Positions 34,701 through 44,751 of a stretch of 64,000 bases of DNA are shown here, in pieces; positions within the stretch are counted from its first letter, which is position 1, and every line of letters starts with the position of its first letter. The stretch lies in the sequence record MN850651.1. One strand, written 5' to 3'. A model generated the notes under the pieces. It saw nothing but the letters and a program-made list of their open reading frames with translations, ran no database searches and had not been told where the DNA came from. Both the position numbers and the translations under genes were made by a program. This DNA is from Escherichia phage moskry.

Positions 34701-36469
34701 AACCTGAAGAAATGAAATCCATGCGTAGAAATAAGGTCATTGCCGATAATAAACCACAAAAAGTAGCTGCAACAGCAGCTACCGATTCATTAGAAGCATT
34801 GAATGACATTTCAACAAAACTAGACGATGTCCAAGCCGCGTCTGAACTCACATCACAAAGTGTAGAAGATAAAGGCAATGGAATTATTGAATCAATTGGA
34901 GACTTAAAGAATTCGACAGATAATACTGCTGAAGGCACAGAGCTTATCGCAGAAGTTATTGAAAAACAAACTGAAGTCACTAAAAGTATAAACGAAGTTT
35001 CTAGTGCAATAAGCTCTAAGTTAGACCGATTAGCTACATTATTAGAGCAAAAATTACAAACATCTACCGCTATTCAAAATACAGGAGGCACCTCTCTTGA
35101 AGTAATTGAGAACGCAATACCTGTTAAAGTGGTTGAGAATGAAACTTCTGATGAGTTGTTTAAAGCATTACCTACACCTGAAAAGATTGATAATAAGCCA
35201 GACGAAGATTTCTTCCCAGCCCCGGTTCAAGAAAGTGCTAATTCTACTTCCGATTCTAAAGGCGGAATTAGCTTTAAATTGAGCGATAAAATTGCAATGC
35301 TCACCAAAACAGTTCAAACCGGGTTTAATAAATCAATATCAATTTCAGACAGAATTGCTGGAATGCTTTTCAAATACACTATAACGGCTGCTATTGAAGC
35401 AGCAAAAATGGCCGCACTTATTCTTGGTATTGTTATCGGTATTGATTTATTGATAGTCCATTTCAAATATTGGACAGACAAGTTCACTTCTGCCTGGGAT
35501 TTATTTGATGAAAACTTTACTAAATTCTCCGATGAAGCTAAAGAGTGGGGTAAATTCTTAAGTGATATATTCACTTCTATTGACTCGATAAAACAAATGT
35601 GGGAAGCTGGAGACTGGGGTGGTTTAACCGTTGCTATTGTCAAAGGTGTAGGAACAGCATTAATGAACTTAGGTGAACTAATTCAATTAGGAATGGCTAA
35701 ACTCTCCGCGTCTATATTGCGTGCTATAGGTTTTGGTGATACCGCGGACGAAATAGAAGGACGTGCTTTGGAAGGATTCCAAGAAACTACTGGGAACAAA
35801 TTAAAGAAAGAAGACCAAGAGAAAGTCGCTAAATATCAAATGAAGCGTGACGATGGGGAATTAGGAACCGTTTCTAAAGGTCTTGATATGTTACAACGCG
35901 GCAAAACATTCGTTACTAACTGGGTTCGTGGTAATGACAATAAAGAAGAGTTTAGTACAAGTGATGAGCGTGCTGCGGAATCAGCAAAATTAAAAGAGTT
36001 ACCTGAAGAGGAGCGTAAAGAGGCGTATATAAAAGCTAATGAAACTCGTGCGGCACTGGTTAGATTTGAGGATTATATCGATAAAATCGATATGACTAAT
36101 CCAGAAAATGCTAAAAACGTCGAGAAGTCTTATGCTGATTTAAGTAAACTTATTAAAGACCCTGAACTTAATAAAACTCCTGTTGTTAAAAAGGAAATAG
36201 ATGCTAGATTTGAAAAGCTAAATAATAAAATGGCTGAAGCCAAAAAGGCTCAGACAACAGTTAAGCCTGAATCTTCGACTAAATCTCCGGAAGCAAAACA
36301 AGTTCAGTCAATAGAGAAAGGACGTGCTTCTGAATCTAAACAACAGCAACCGGTAACGGCGATTAGTAACACAAATAATGTCGTCAAAAAGAATACCGTA
36401 GTCCAGAATATGACCCCTGTAACAAGTACAACGGCTCCTGGAATTTTCCATGCCACCGGTGTTAATTAA
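34697..36469 (+). CDS. 29: Baseplate hub / tail length determinator gp29
   Basis: 590 aa as in T4; synteny. Confidence 0.85.
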   Translation: MKPEEMKSMRRNKVIADNKPQKVAATAATDSLEALNDISTKLDDVQAASELTSQSVEDKGNGIIESIGDLKNSTDNTAEGTELIAEVIEKQTEVTKSINEVSSAISSKLDRLATLLEQKLQTSTAIQNTGGTSLEVIENAIPVKVVENETSDELFKALPTPEKIDNKPDEDFFPAPVQESANSTSDSKGGISFKLSDKIAMLTKTVQTGFNKSISISDRIAGMLFKYTITAAIEAAKMAALILGIVIGIDLLIVHFKYWTDKFTSAWDLFDENFTKFSDEAKEWGKFLSDIFTSIDSIKQMWEAGDWGGLTVAIVKGVGTALMNLGELIQLGMAKLSASILRAIGFGDTADEIEGRALEGFQETTGNKLKKEDQEKVAKYQMKRDDGELGTVSKGLDMLQRGKTFVTNWVRGNDNKEEFSTSDERAAESAKLKELPEEERKEAYIKANETRAALVRFEDYIDKIDMTNPENAKNVEKSYADLSKLIKDPELNKTPVVKKEIDARFEKLNNKMAEAKKAQTTVKPESSTKSPEAKQVQSIEKGRASESKQQQPVTAISNTNNVVKKNTVVQNMTPVTSTTAPGIFHATGVN

Positions 36470-36477
36470 GGATTATT

Positions 36478-37587
36478 ATGATTAGTGTAAAAGAAATAGT
36501 AGTAGATGCAAAGGATTTAAATAAAGCAATCCCAGTCTCAGAAAGTGCTGGGCAAAGCACTAAAACCGAAACAACTACTAAAACTTATGTTGCTCAATTT
36601 CCTACAGGAAGAGCAGCCGGAAATGACTCCACAGGAGACTTCCAGGTAACAGACCTTTATAAGAACGGATTATTATTTACCGCGTACAATATGTCTGCAC
36701 GCGATTCAGGATCCCTCAGGAATTTACGTCCGGCGTATGCCGGAACTTCATCTAATGGTATCATATCAGATTTAACTGATAATGTGAAAGATGCAGTGAC
36801 TAAATTCTCTAATGGGTTGCTTCCTGCCGGAGCTAATAAATCTACTATAAATAAAACTCCTGTTGCTAATATACTTTTGCCACGTTCCAAATCTGACGTT
36901 GATACAACTTCACATCGTTTTAATGATATCGGTGATAGCCTTATTACTAAAGGTGGAGGTACTGCTACAGGTGTTTTAAGTAACATTGCTTCTACTGCAG
37001 TCTTTGGTGCATTAGATTCTATTACTCAAGGGCTTATGGCTGATAACAACGAACAGATTTATACGACTTCTCGTAGTATGTATGGCGGTGCTGAGAACCG
37101 TACTAAAGTCTTTACATGGGATTTAACTCCACGTTCGACTGAAGACCTTATGGCTATTATAAACATTTACCAGTATTTTAACTATTTCTCATATGGCGAG
37201 ACCGGTAAATCACAGTACGCCCAAGAGATTAAAAGTTATTTAGACGAATGGTACCGTTCAACGTTTATTGAGCCTATGACGCCAGATGATGCAGTAAAAA
37301 ATAAGACATTGTTTGAAAAGATTACTGCGTCATTAACAAACGTATTAGTTGTAAGCAACCCTACAATTTGGATGGTTAAAAACTTTGGTTATACATCTAA
37401 ATTTGATGGATTAACTGACGTATTTGGCCCATGTCAAATTCAAAGCGTACGTTTTGATAAAACTCCAAATGGACAATTTAATGGTCTCGCTGTTGCTCCT
37501 AACTTACCATCAACATTTACGTTAGAGATAACAATGCGAGAAATTATTACATTAAACCGTTCTTCACTTTATGCGGGGACTTTCTAA
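36478..37587 (+). CDS. 48: Baseplate tail tube cap protein gp48
   Basis: 369 aa; synteny. Confidence 0.85.
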   Translation: MISVKEIVVDAKDLNKAIPVSESAGQSTKTETTTKTYVAQFPTGRAAGNDSTGDFQVTDLYKNGLLFTAYNMSARDSGSLRNLRPAYAGTSSNGIISDLTDNVKDAVTKFSNGLLPAGANKSTINKTPVANILLPRSKSDVDTTSHRFNDIGDSLITKGGGTATGVLSNIASTAVFGALDSITQGLMADNNEQIYTTSRSMYGGAENRTKVFTWDLTPRSTEDLMAIINIYQYFNYFSYGETGKSQYAQEIKSYLDEWYRSTFIEPMTPDDAVKNKTLFEKITASLTNVLVVSNPTIWMVKNFGYTSKFDGLTDVFGPCQIQSVRFDKTPNGQFNGLAVAPNLPSTFTLEITMREIITLNRSSLYAGTF

Positions 37588-38549
37588 TGTACTCTTTAGA
37601 AGAATTTAATAACCACGCTATAAATGCGGATTTCCAACGAAACAATATGTTTAGTTGTGTATTTGCTACTACCCCATCGACTAAATCATCTTCACTAATT
37701 TCGTCAATTGGTAGTTTTGCTTATAATAACTTAGGGTTGGATTCAGATTGGCTAGGATTGTCTCAAGGTGATATCAATCAGGGCGTAACAACCCTGATTA
37801 CAGCAGGAACACAGAAATTAATTCGAAAATCGGGTGCAAGTAAATATCTGATTGGAGCAATGAGTCAACGTACGGTACAAAGCTTGTTAGGTGAGTTCAC
37901 AGTAGGAACTTATCTGATAGACTTCTTCAATATGGCATATAATAATACAGGTTTAATGATTTATTCTGTAAAAATGCCTGAGAACCGATTATCTTATGAA
38001 ACGGATTTCAACTATAACTCCCCGAACATCCGAATTACCGGTCGTGAAATGGACCCGTTAGTAATAAGCTTTAGAATGGATTCCGAAGCATCTAACTTTA
38101 GAGCAATGCAAGACTGGGTAAACTCAGTCCAAGACCCTGTAACAGGTCTTCGTGCTTTACCACAAGACGTCGAAGCAGATATTCAGGTTAATTTACACGC
38201 ACGAAATGGTTTACCACATACCGCTGTCATGTTCACAGGATGTATTCCTGTTAGTGTCTCTTCTCCTGAGTTAACGTATGATGGTGATAATCAGATAACA
38301 GTTTTTGATGTAACATTTGCTTATCGCGTTATGCAATCAGGTGCTGTAAATAGACAGGCTGCTTTAGAATGGCTGGAATCAGGACTTATTAGTAGTGTTT
38401 CAGGAATGTTTGGAAATAATCAGAATGATTCTGGACTAGGAAGTGTAGTATCAAGACTTTCTAGATTAGGTGGGACTGCTGGTGGTGTGTCTAATATAAA
38501 CACATTGACAGGTGTGGTGAATTCTGCGTCAAGAGTTTTAGGACTATAA
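37587..38549 (+). CDS. 54: Baseplate tail tube initiator gp54
   Basis: 320 aa as in T4; synteny. Confidence 0.85.
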   Translation: MYSLEEFNNHAINADFQRNNMFSCVFATTPSTKSSSLISSIGSFAYNNLGLDSDWLGLSQGDINQGVTTLITAGTQKLIRKSGASKYLIGAMSQRTVQSLLGEFTVGTYLIDFFNMAYNNTGLMIYSVKMPENRLSYETDFNYNSPNIRITGREMDPLVISFRMDSEASNFRAMQDWVNSVQDPVTGLRALPQDVEADIQVNLHARNGLPHTAVMFTGCIPVSVSSPELTYDGDNQITVFDVTFAYRVMQSGAVNRQAALEWLESGLISSVSGMFGNNQNDSGLGSVVSRLSRLGGTAGGVSNINTLTGVVNSASRVLGL

Positions 38550-38550
38550 G

Positions 38551-38577
38551 AAAAAGGGAGACAACGTCTCCCTTTAT
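38551..38577. terminator. Bidirectional terminator between gene 54 (+) and the alt operon (-)
   Basis: A-run, hairpin GGGAGACaacgUCUCCC, T-run. Confidence 0.65.
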
Positions 38578-38581
38578 GGGT

Positions 38582-38875
38582 TTATTTACGGAATGAAAGG
38601 AATGCTGGTGCTCGGAATGGAGTATCATCTTTAGAGTATTTAACTAATACGACCATTGGTACCTCTGTTTCTAAATGACCTGTCACTACACCGATAAAAA
38701 TTTGATCAGTGTGCTCAGGGTCACGAAAGTTTTTAAGAGGTTCCATAGCAATATGGAATGCACCTGGGAATACTCGATTCAATTCGTCAATCACAGCTTC
38801 GTTAAAAGCATCATCCGCTGGGATAGCATCTTCAACTACTAGTTCTTGACCATTAAAGCGAAGCATAGATTTCAT
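38582..38875 (-). CDS. Hypothetical protein (alt.-1-like position)
   Basis: Start moved to MKSMLRFNGQ with RBS GAGGAA; longer ORF-track version runs into the promoter and the alt 3' end. Confidence 0.45.
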   Translation of the reverse strand: MKSMLRFNGQELVVEDAIPADDAFNEAVIDELNRVFPGAFHIAMEPLKNFRDPEHTDQIFIGVVTGHLETEVPMVVLVKYSKDDTPFRAPAFLSFRK

Positions 38876-38904
38876 AACGTTTTCCTCATGTTGTTGATGG
38901 GATG

Positions 38905-38934
38905 ATAGTATCACACATCCATGTGTTTGTAAAC
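38905..38934 (-). promoter_or_regulatory. Early promoter for the alt.-1-like ORF
   Basis: GTTTAC-N18-TACTAT; palindrome ACACATccATGTGT in the spacer. Confidence 0.55.
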
Positions 38935-41021
38935 TATCCTTGGACAAATTTAAACGGAACTGATTCTAAATCCATTAAAGATGCTAACAATTTCAATCCT
39001 TTAGGTGCACTAGTTTTTTCTACAAATGAAGAGAACGATACCGGCTCATCCGATTCGATTTCACCCGTCATAGCAACCACCTCGCCTGTTTCCATGAGAA
39101 CATCACCATCATAAATGACAGCTTCGTCCAACTGGTCCGAGGACATGACTTCAGCTTGAATAAATTTAAGGTTGGATTCTAAACCTGCACCAGTGTCAGA
39201 TGACGCATCTGTAATTTTATTTATTTGCAAGAGAATGCCTCTAGGCAAAATAATTTCTTGCTCATTAGGGTGATTACTCAACTGTCCTGGATAAATCACG
39301 TTAACTTTATGAGCGCCATCAATAGCCCATCCAACGTTAACACGGATTTGTTCTGGCGCATGCATAGCTGTTCTTACTTGACTAGGAGAAATAGTAACAC
39401 CTTCATCATTATTGTCAATGTTAAGCTCTTTGCGAACTTCTTCAGGAGCAAGTCCAAGGGCAACGTTCTCTTTAAACCCACCGAAAATAATAGGAGCTAG
39501 TGAAGTGGAAACATAGTTTCTGAAGTAGAATACCTTATTTTTAACCATTGCTTCGTAAATAGGCATTCTGATAGACTGAGCTCTATATAACGTTAGTCCT
39601 TCAGGTAAACGGTCTCCATTTAAAAACGCTGAATCAAGACCATCGATAGCGCGTTTAACTTCATCTTCATCTGCAACATCGTAAAAATCTGGTTTATAAC
39701 GACCTAACAACATATTATTGATATCGGTATACGCAGAAGAGGCATATTCGCGAATAGCTCGTTTTTCAGCAACAGAGTATTGTTTAGGGTCCCGATTCAT
39801 TGTTATATTAAAGGTGCCTCTAGCCGATTCTCGTGCATAAGTATACATCACATTAGACAAGAACGCTGATTTACGTTGTTTCCAAGTTTTTTCAGATACT
39901 TCAGCTAAAACGTCGTCAGCCAGTTGGAAATTATCTCGTCTAAAATCTTCAAACCATTCGTCTTTAATAGAGTCTGCAATTTCATTTGCAGCTTCAACAA
40001 AAGCAGCTAATGCTTTAACAGATGTTGTTTTTTCAGTTTTAATTTTCTTAGCAAACTTTTCTAAAGTTGGCTTAATAACACTACCATAAGAAACTTCATC
40101 GGCAAATCTAAAGGATTCATCAATACGATTATAAATCTTATTTTCGATATCAGCAACTAAAGTGCCTTTTGCTGTGGACGATGCTTGGGCTAGTACGATT
40201 TCATATGCTTCAGGAAGTAATTCGGCTGTAGCTGGGCCACTAACTTCTTTAGCAGAATTTTCGTATTTCTGGAATAACTCGCCTTCTTGGCGGTCAGCTT
40301 CTAAAGATTGACTTGCTGCAATAGCACGACGAGAAATTTTGGTGCGAGCAATAACCGGCTTATCTTTACGTTTTTCTTCTACCGCGGCAATAGAACCAGC
40401 GATAGCCGTTTCTTTGGTGACCTTTTCACCGGTCTTTTTACTCACATAAACTTCGCCAACATCAGAATCTACTTTCGTGTACAACTCTGTGTTAATGTTA
40501 GGGATGCCTTTAATATCCTCAATGTTGGCATTTTTACGAACCATCATCACATAGGTGTGTTTACCTGTGAATTGATACATTGCCGACAATACTTTAAAAC
40601 GACCACCGGTTTTAGTAGAAACTAAACGAGCAAGAAGAGTTTGAAGTTGTTGTCCGCGTCCTTTCAATTTCTTGGTAGGGAATCGGAACAGAACTGCATC
40701 CATACGAAGAGCTTTAACCTGTTCATATACTGTATTGAAAATGGTGTTGATTGCATCAATAGGAGCAGGACCAAGGCCGTTTTTCAATTCAGCGAGATTA
40801 CCCTTTTCAGACAGACTCATAATAACAACATGAGCGTATTTGTCGCCAAGTTTAACTTGTTTTACAGCGTCGCCTTCGGAAAGGTAAGAGAATAAACGAA
40901 CTACAATATTTGTATCAACATCACCAATTTTCCAGACTTGTGGAACTTTAGCTTTAGGGTTCAAATTGACGACAGGAAGACTGCCTTCAGATTCAAACAC
41001 TTCATTTAATTGTTCAGACAT
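38934..41021 (-). CDS. alt: Alt ADP-ribosyltransferase (packaged; modifies host RNA polymerase)
   Basis: 695 aa (T4 682 aa); C-terminal motifs YRAQ, VFYFRNYVSTSL, QAEV and ending PFKFVQG match T4 Alt. Confidence 0.8.
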   Translation of the reverse strand: MSEQLNEVFESEGSLPVVNLNPKAKVPQVWKIGDVDTNIVVRLFSYLSEGDAVKQVKLGDKYAHVVIMSLSEKGNLAELKNGLGPAPIDAINTIFNTVYEQVKALRMDAVLFRFPTKKLKGRGQQLQTLLARLVSTKTGGRFKVLSAMYQFTGKHTYVMMVRKNANIEDIKGIPNINTELYTKVDSDVGEVYVSKKTGEKVTKETAIAGSIAAVEEKRKDKPVIARTKISRRAIAASQSLEADRQEGELFQKYENSAKEVSGPATAELLPEAYEIVLAQASSTAKGTLVADIENKIYNRIDESFRFADEVSYGSVIKPTLEKFAKKIKTEKTTSVKALAAFVEAANEIADSIKDEWFEDFRRDNFQLADDVLAEVSEKTWKQRKSAFLSNVMYTYARESARGTFNITMNRDPKQYSVAEKRAIREYASSAYTDINNMLLGRYKPDFYDVADEDEVKRAIDGLDSAFLNGDRLPEGLTLYRAQSIRMPIYEAMVKNKVFYFRNYVSTSLAPIIFGGFKENVALGLAPEEVRKELNIDNNDEGVTISPSQVRTAMHAPEQIRVNVGWAIDGAHKVNVIYPGQLSNHPNEQEIILPRGILLQINKITDASSDTGAGLESNLKFIQAEVMSSDQLDEAVIYDGDVLMETGEVVAMTGEIESDEPVSFSSFVEKTSAPKGLKLLASLMDLESVPFKFVQG

Positions 41022-41055
41022 AGAGTTTTCCTTTTAGTAATAATTTATATTTATG

Positions 41056-41078
41056 CCAAAAAGAGCCCGAAGGCTCTT
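41056..41078 (-). terminator. Terminator-like hairpin between the ligase operon and alt
   Basis: AAGAGCCuucgGGCUCUU followed by a U-run on the - strand. Confidence 0.5.
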
Positions 41079-41265
41079 AATCCACAATCGGGAGCAAAGT
41101 ACGATAAACTTCAAAATTAGGGCCTTTTTCGTACGTATCAAAATTGTCCATAAAAATATTATAGGAATCGTTATTAGGAAAATCTAATATAATCTGAGAG
41201 CAAGAGGTGGAAACATCACCACCGTCTTTATTAGCGACAACTACTGTTTCTAAATAAGCTTTCAT
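41077..41265 (-). CDS. Hypothetical small protein
   Basis: Start taken at the ATG overlapping the ligase stop (TAATG); terminator hairpin downstream. Confidence 0.4.
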   Translation of the reverse strand: MKAYLETVVVANKDGGDVSTSCSQIILDFPNNDSYNIFMDNFDTYEKGPNFEVYRTLLPIVD

Positions 41266-42758
41266 TATAAACCTGTCTGGGACCACGGTCCAAATACGTC
41301 TTCAAATGAATCCGCTTCTGTTTTATCAAAACGGAACCCTTTAATAATTGGAAGGAAAATACCTACAGTACCTTCACGGCCTTTAGAATGAACCCAACCG
41401 TTACATTCACAATCAGCGATACGTCCAATTAATTTACCTTCACGAGCTTCGGTCATTAATCGTTCACGGTCTAAATCATGACGCTCGTCTAAAGGAATAA
41501 GAACCTTTACACCGTCAACTGTTTTATGAGTTGTATCTTTAAAACCTGAACCACAATCGGTTGTAATACGACGACAACGTGATACGAGTTCGACACCACC
41601 TAATTTGTTAGGGTCTTTAGAGTGTTCATAGTATCCTACAACTTCTAAAGCGATATCAATAACTTCTTTAAATTTAATTAGGTTCTTAGAGCGTTTGTTT
41701 TCCCAATATGAATCACGGTTTTTAAGGATAATACCTTCAAGACCTTGGTCAACATATTTTTTATAAACCACTTTAGCTTCGTCAAGATTACGAACTAACT
41801 GATTTTCAATTGGCTCAATTCGCTTAAAGCCTTCAGCCATATTTTCAAGAGCAGCAAAACGAACATCGTATTTCTGACCTTTAATTTTGCCATCAGAATA
41901 GACTTCATCTAAAGGAACATAGTCCCAGGCTTGAAGAACCATACCTTCCGCTTCTTTAGGAGAAATAGTCCCTTGAAGAGATTTATTTGCTAAACCATTT
42001 GAAGTGCTACGGTCTGCAACCTGTACTTCTTCGGATTCTTCATTATCACCAAATAAGAACGACAGGTCATTTCCTGAGCTCACGGCCTTTTTAATATCAA
42101 ATGAATGATAAACTAATTCACCGTCGATTAAAACCCCATTAGGGTGTCTTTCACGAGCTTCTTTAGTCATTTCCATTAGTTCATCCGCTAATAGAGTAAG
42201 ACCATGGTATTCATTACCAGCACGAGAAAAGAATTGAACACCATCATCGCGAACTTCAGCGAAACAACGAGCACCATCGGCTTTTAATTGAGCAAATGCA
42301 GGCCATTTAATATTTTTAGTAATCAATTTCTCATCATATGCAGATGCTAACATCTGTGGTTGCAATTGAATAAGACCAGGCCATACCTTATTCGCGATAG
42401 ACACTGAAGCACCTACTTCAAGGTCTCGCATCATTACACGGCGTAGTACTTCAACATCATCAGGTTTACCGTCGGCGATATAACCCATGAGCTCTTTAAT
42501 TGCTGCATTACCAGTGAGTTTACGAGTGGCCAATGTGAACTCAATAAAATCCAACATGTCATCTAATTCAAGAAGGCCATACGCTTGAGACCTTTCACCT
42601 GGCCCAGGCCATTTCTTAATATAATACTGAATGCCACGTGCATACGTTAAACGATATACACGTTCAAGTAATTTGTTGTCCTTATTTTTCTTAAGGATTT
42701 CCTGTTTTGTTTTAGTAGAACCGATCGCAGCTATTTGGTTTAAAATATCTAAAATCAT
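41265..42758 (-). CDS. 30: ATP-dependent DNA ligase gp30
   Basis: 497 aa; N-terminus matches T4 ligase; adenylation motif KADGARC. Confidence 0.95.
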   Translation of the reverse strand: MILDILNQIAAIGSTKTKQEILKKNKDNKLLERVYRLTYARGIQYYIKKWPGPGERSQAYGLLELDDMLDFIEFTLATRKLTGNAAIKELMGYIADGKPDDVEVLRRVMMRDLEVGASVSIANKVWPGLIQLQPQMLASAYDEKLITKNIKWPAFAQLKADGARCFAEVRDDGVQFFSRAGNEYHGLTLLADELMEMTKEARERHPNGVLIDGELVYHSFDIKKAVSSGNDLSFLFGDNEESEEVQVADRSTSNGLANKSLQGTISPKEAEGMVLQAWDYVPLDEVYSDGKIKGQKYDVRFAALENMAEGFKRIEPIENQLVRNLDEAKVVYKKYVDQGLEGIILKNRDSYWENKRSKNLIKFKEVIDIALEVVGYYEHSKDPNKLGGVELVSRCRRITTDCGSGFKDTTHKTVDGVKVLIPLDERHDLDRERLMTEAREGKLIGRIADCECNGWVHSKGREGTVGIFLPIIKGFRFDKTEADSFEDVFGPWSQTGL

Positions 42759-43024
42759 TTGATATCCTCGATTTTGGTTACGGTTCTATTATAAGCCACT
42801 TCATCTAGAAGCGATTTCAGCGTTTTCTGATAAGTGGTAATCCATTTACCGAGTCCTTCAACATAATATTCTGAAATGTAGATGAACCCTTGTTCAACAC
42901 ACTCTTTAAATATTTCTGCGTCTTTTACTGAACGAAACACCGGCCAGTCTCGAAAGAACATGTTAACATGACCGTAGTCACGCGTTGTGTTTTTGCCATC
43001 TGTAATATCATGAACTACAAACAT
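42755..43024 (-). CDS. Hypothetical protein (30.1-like position)
   Basis: 89-aa ORF coupled to gene 30. Confidence 0.5.
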   Translation of the reverse strand: MFVVHDITDGKNTTRDYGHVNMFFRDWPVFRSVKDAEIFKECVEQGFIYISEYYVEGLGKWITTYQKTLKSLLDEVAYNRTVTKIEDIK

Positions 43025-43033
43025 AATTAGCCC

Positions 43034-43849
43034 TTAACAATTTATAGACCAAGTCCATTTAGACGAATCTAAAGGAAAGTTTTGAATCGTCCACCATGGC
43101 TGCATATCGGTTGGTCCTGGGGTTCGCCAGGTATACGGATTCGACGGAGCGCCGATTTGATTAGGCCATGCGCCTGGACTTGTTGCACCAGATTCTTTAA
43201 GCAAATCTGCCAATCGTTTTAAAAGGTCTTCACGATCTGAATCTGAATTATGCTCTGGCGGAACCAATCGAGATTCAATATCATCCCACGTGTGTACACG
43301 TTGTGCAGTACGAGGAATGGCATCACGTTCACCACGAGCCAACCAATAAATTGGTACATTAAGAATTTCTGCTGCATGGTCACAGTGATGAGCTAAATCG
43401 TCAACGTAACAAATCACGTTATATTTTGTTTTAGCTAGTTCAAATAATTGTTCCTTTGAAGAATCATGACCACACATCATTACTTCAGAGAAAGCGCCTG
43501 GGAACAAAGCATTCAAATTAAATTGTCTATTCAATCTAGCATCAATTGAATCACCTAGCGCCGTCACGGCTACAAAATTATAGTCTTCTTTTAGTTTATT
43601 GATAACTCGAAGAGCATCCGAATAAGGCGCTAAGTAACGAATAAAATCAGAGCTATTATATTTTTCTATTAATTGTTTACCAAGGTTATCGTCGGTATTG
43701 AACAGTTTACCAGGAGAAATAAATTTTTCGTCCTGAATCATTTTTAAAATATGTTCTAATGGAAGATTATATTTTTGGGCAAAATAAGGAAGTCCAGATT
43801 GCCAGCTTAAACATACACCATCAATATCAGTCAAAATAGTAGGCTTCAT
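43034..43849 (-). CDS. Putative HAD-like hydrolase (30.2-like position)
   Basis: 271 aa; N-terminal DIDGV resembles HAD motif I; Trp/Pro-rich C-terminal tail. Confidence 0.45.
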   Translation of the reverse strand: MKPTILTDIDGVCLSWQSGLPYFAQKYNLPLEHILKMIQDEKFISPGKLFNTDDNLGKQLIEKYNSSDFIRYLAPYSDALRVINKLKEDYNFVAVTALGDSIDARLNRQFNLNALFPGAFSEVMMCGHDSSKEQLFELAKTKYNVICYVDDLAHHCDHAAEILNVPIYWLARGERDAIPRTAQRVHTWDDIESRLVPPEHNSDSDREDLLKRLADLLKESGATSPGAWPNQIGAPSNPYTWRTPGPTDMQPWWTIQNFPLDSSKWTWSINC

Positions 43850-44313
43850 AAAGAGTCTCTTAATAGGTTTAACACATCAATAAATTCAGCTTCGGTTAAT
43901 ATTGTATCATCTTTTGTTAGGTGGCTGGCCATGCTGTGCTTCAAAATTTTTCCTTTCGAAGCCTGTAATGCATCACGAAAGCCTTTGTTTTGGATCGCGG
44001 CTTCAAAATATGCATTTGTGTATAATTCTTTCCACGCTTCAGAGTATCTTGAAAATGGAACTCCTAACCAGAAGAGAGTCCCATGGTCCTGAGCTCTTGC
44101 ATAAGACCTTCCGGCTTGCTGTGCGGCCAGTCCTGACAGCCCAAATATACGTCTTTGTTGTTCAACATTTTTCACCTTACATCCTTGGAGAAATCCTTCA
44201 AGACCTCCGAATTGAATACCATCCATAACGAAAGGCCACTGGGCAAAATTACTTAATGCACATGACGGCCATCTAAAATTGCTTCTAATCTCTAACTCAG
44301 ACATCTTTAACAC
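43846..44313 (-). CDS. NADAR (YbiA/DUF1768)-like protein (30.3-like position)
   Basis: 155 aa; ALSNFAQWPFVMDGIQFGGLEGFLQGCKV resembles the YbiA core FSNFAAWP..DG..SEHYFQAQKF. Confidence 0.5.
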   Translation of the reverse strand: MLKMSELEIRSNFRWPSCALSNFAQWPFVMDGIQFGGLEGFLQGCKVKNVEQQRRIFGLSGLAAQQAGRSYARAQDHGTLFWLGVPFSRYSEAWKELYTNAYFEAAIQNKGFRDALQASKGKILKHSMASHLTKDDTILTEAEFIDVLNLLRDSL

Positions 44314-44509
44314 TTATAATTTCAACATCAGCCCAATGTCCATAAGCCGGTAGACGGTCTTTGATAGATAATCCACCGTCATATTTCAGCATTTTAATTG
44401 TTTTAGTATATGGTTCAACTTTTCGGGCCCATGGGCTTACATCAGTCACACGATACGTAACTTCAATCATTTCCATACCAAACAATTTCTGGATTAATTT
44501 ATTCAACAT
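44297..44509 (-). CDS. Hypothetical protein
   Basis: 70-aa ORF in an overlapping early operon. Confidence 0.4.
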   Translation of the reverse strand: MLNKLIQKLFGMEMIEVTYRVTDVSPWARKVEPYTKTIKMLKYDGGLSIKDRLPAYGHWADVEIISVKDV

Positions 44510-44696
44510 GTTTCAACCCTTTAATAGGAGATAACTCTTTACCCATACGTATGTCAGAAGTCCAATCAACCCATTGAACAGCATACGCTTCATTGATAAT
44601 TCCAGCGGCGGTTTTAAATTCAGGGAGAACTTTAAAAATCACCCCAGGAATTCCAACACCTTTTAATTGGACTGTTTGTGCTATTAAAAATTTCAT
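44499..44696 (-). CDS. Hypothetical protein
   Basis: 65-aa ORF; weak early promoter upstream. Confidence 0.4.
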   Translation of the reverse strand: MKFLIAQTVQLKGVGIPGVIFKVLPEFKTAAGIINEAYAVQWVDWTSDIRMGKELSPIKGLKHVE

Positions 44697-44720
44697 ATTT
44701 TTCCACTTACTAAAGAAATC

Positions 44721-44751
44721 GTTATACTCTAATCCGTTCTTGGATGTAAAC
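44721..44751 (-). promoter_or_regulatory. Weak candidate early promoter
   Basis: GTTTAC-N19-TATAAC; non-consensus -10 and long spacer. Confidence 0.3.

Noticed and set aside
41022-41055. Possible late promoter for alt (ATAAATATAAAT)
   Set aside because: No exact TATAAATA in the correct orientation; only 7 of 8 matches, so left uncalled
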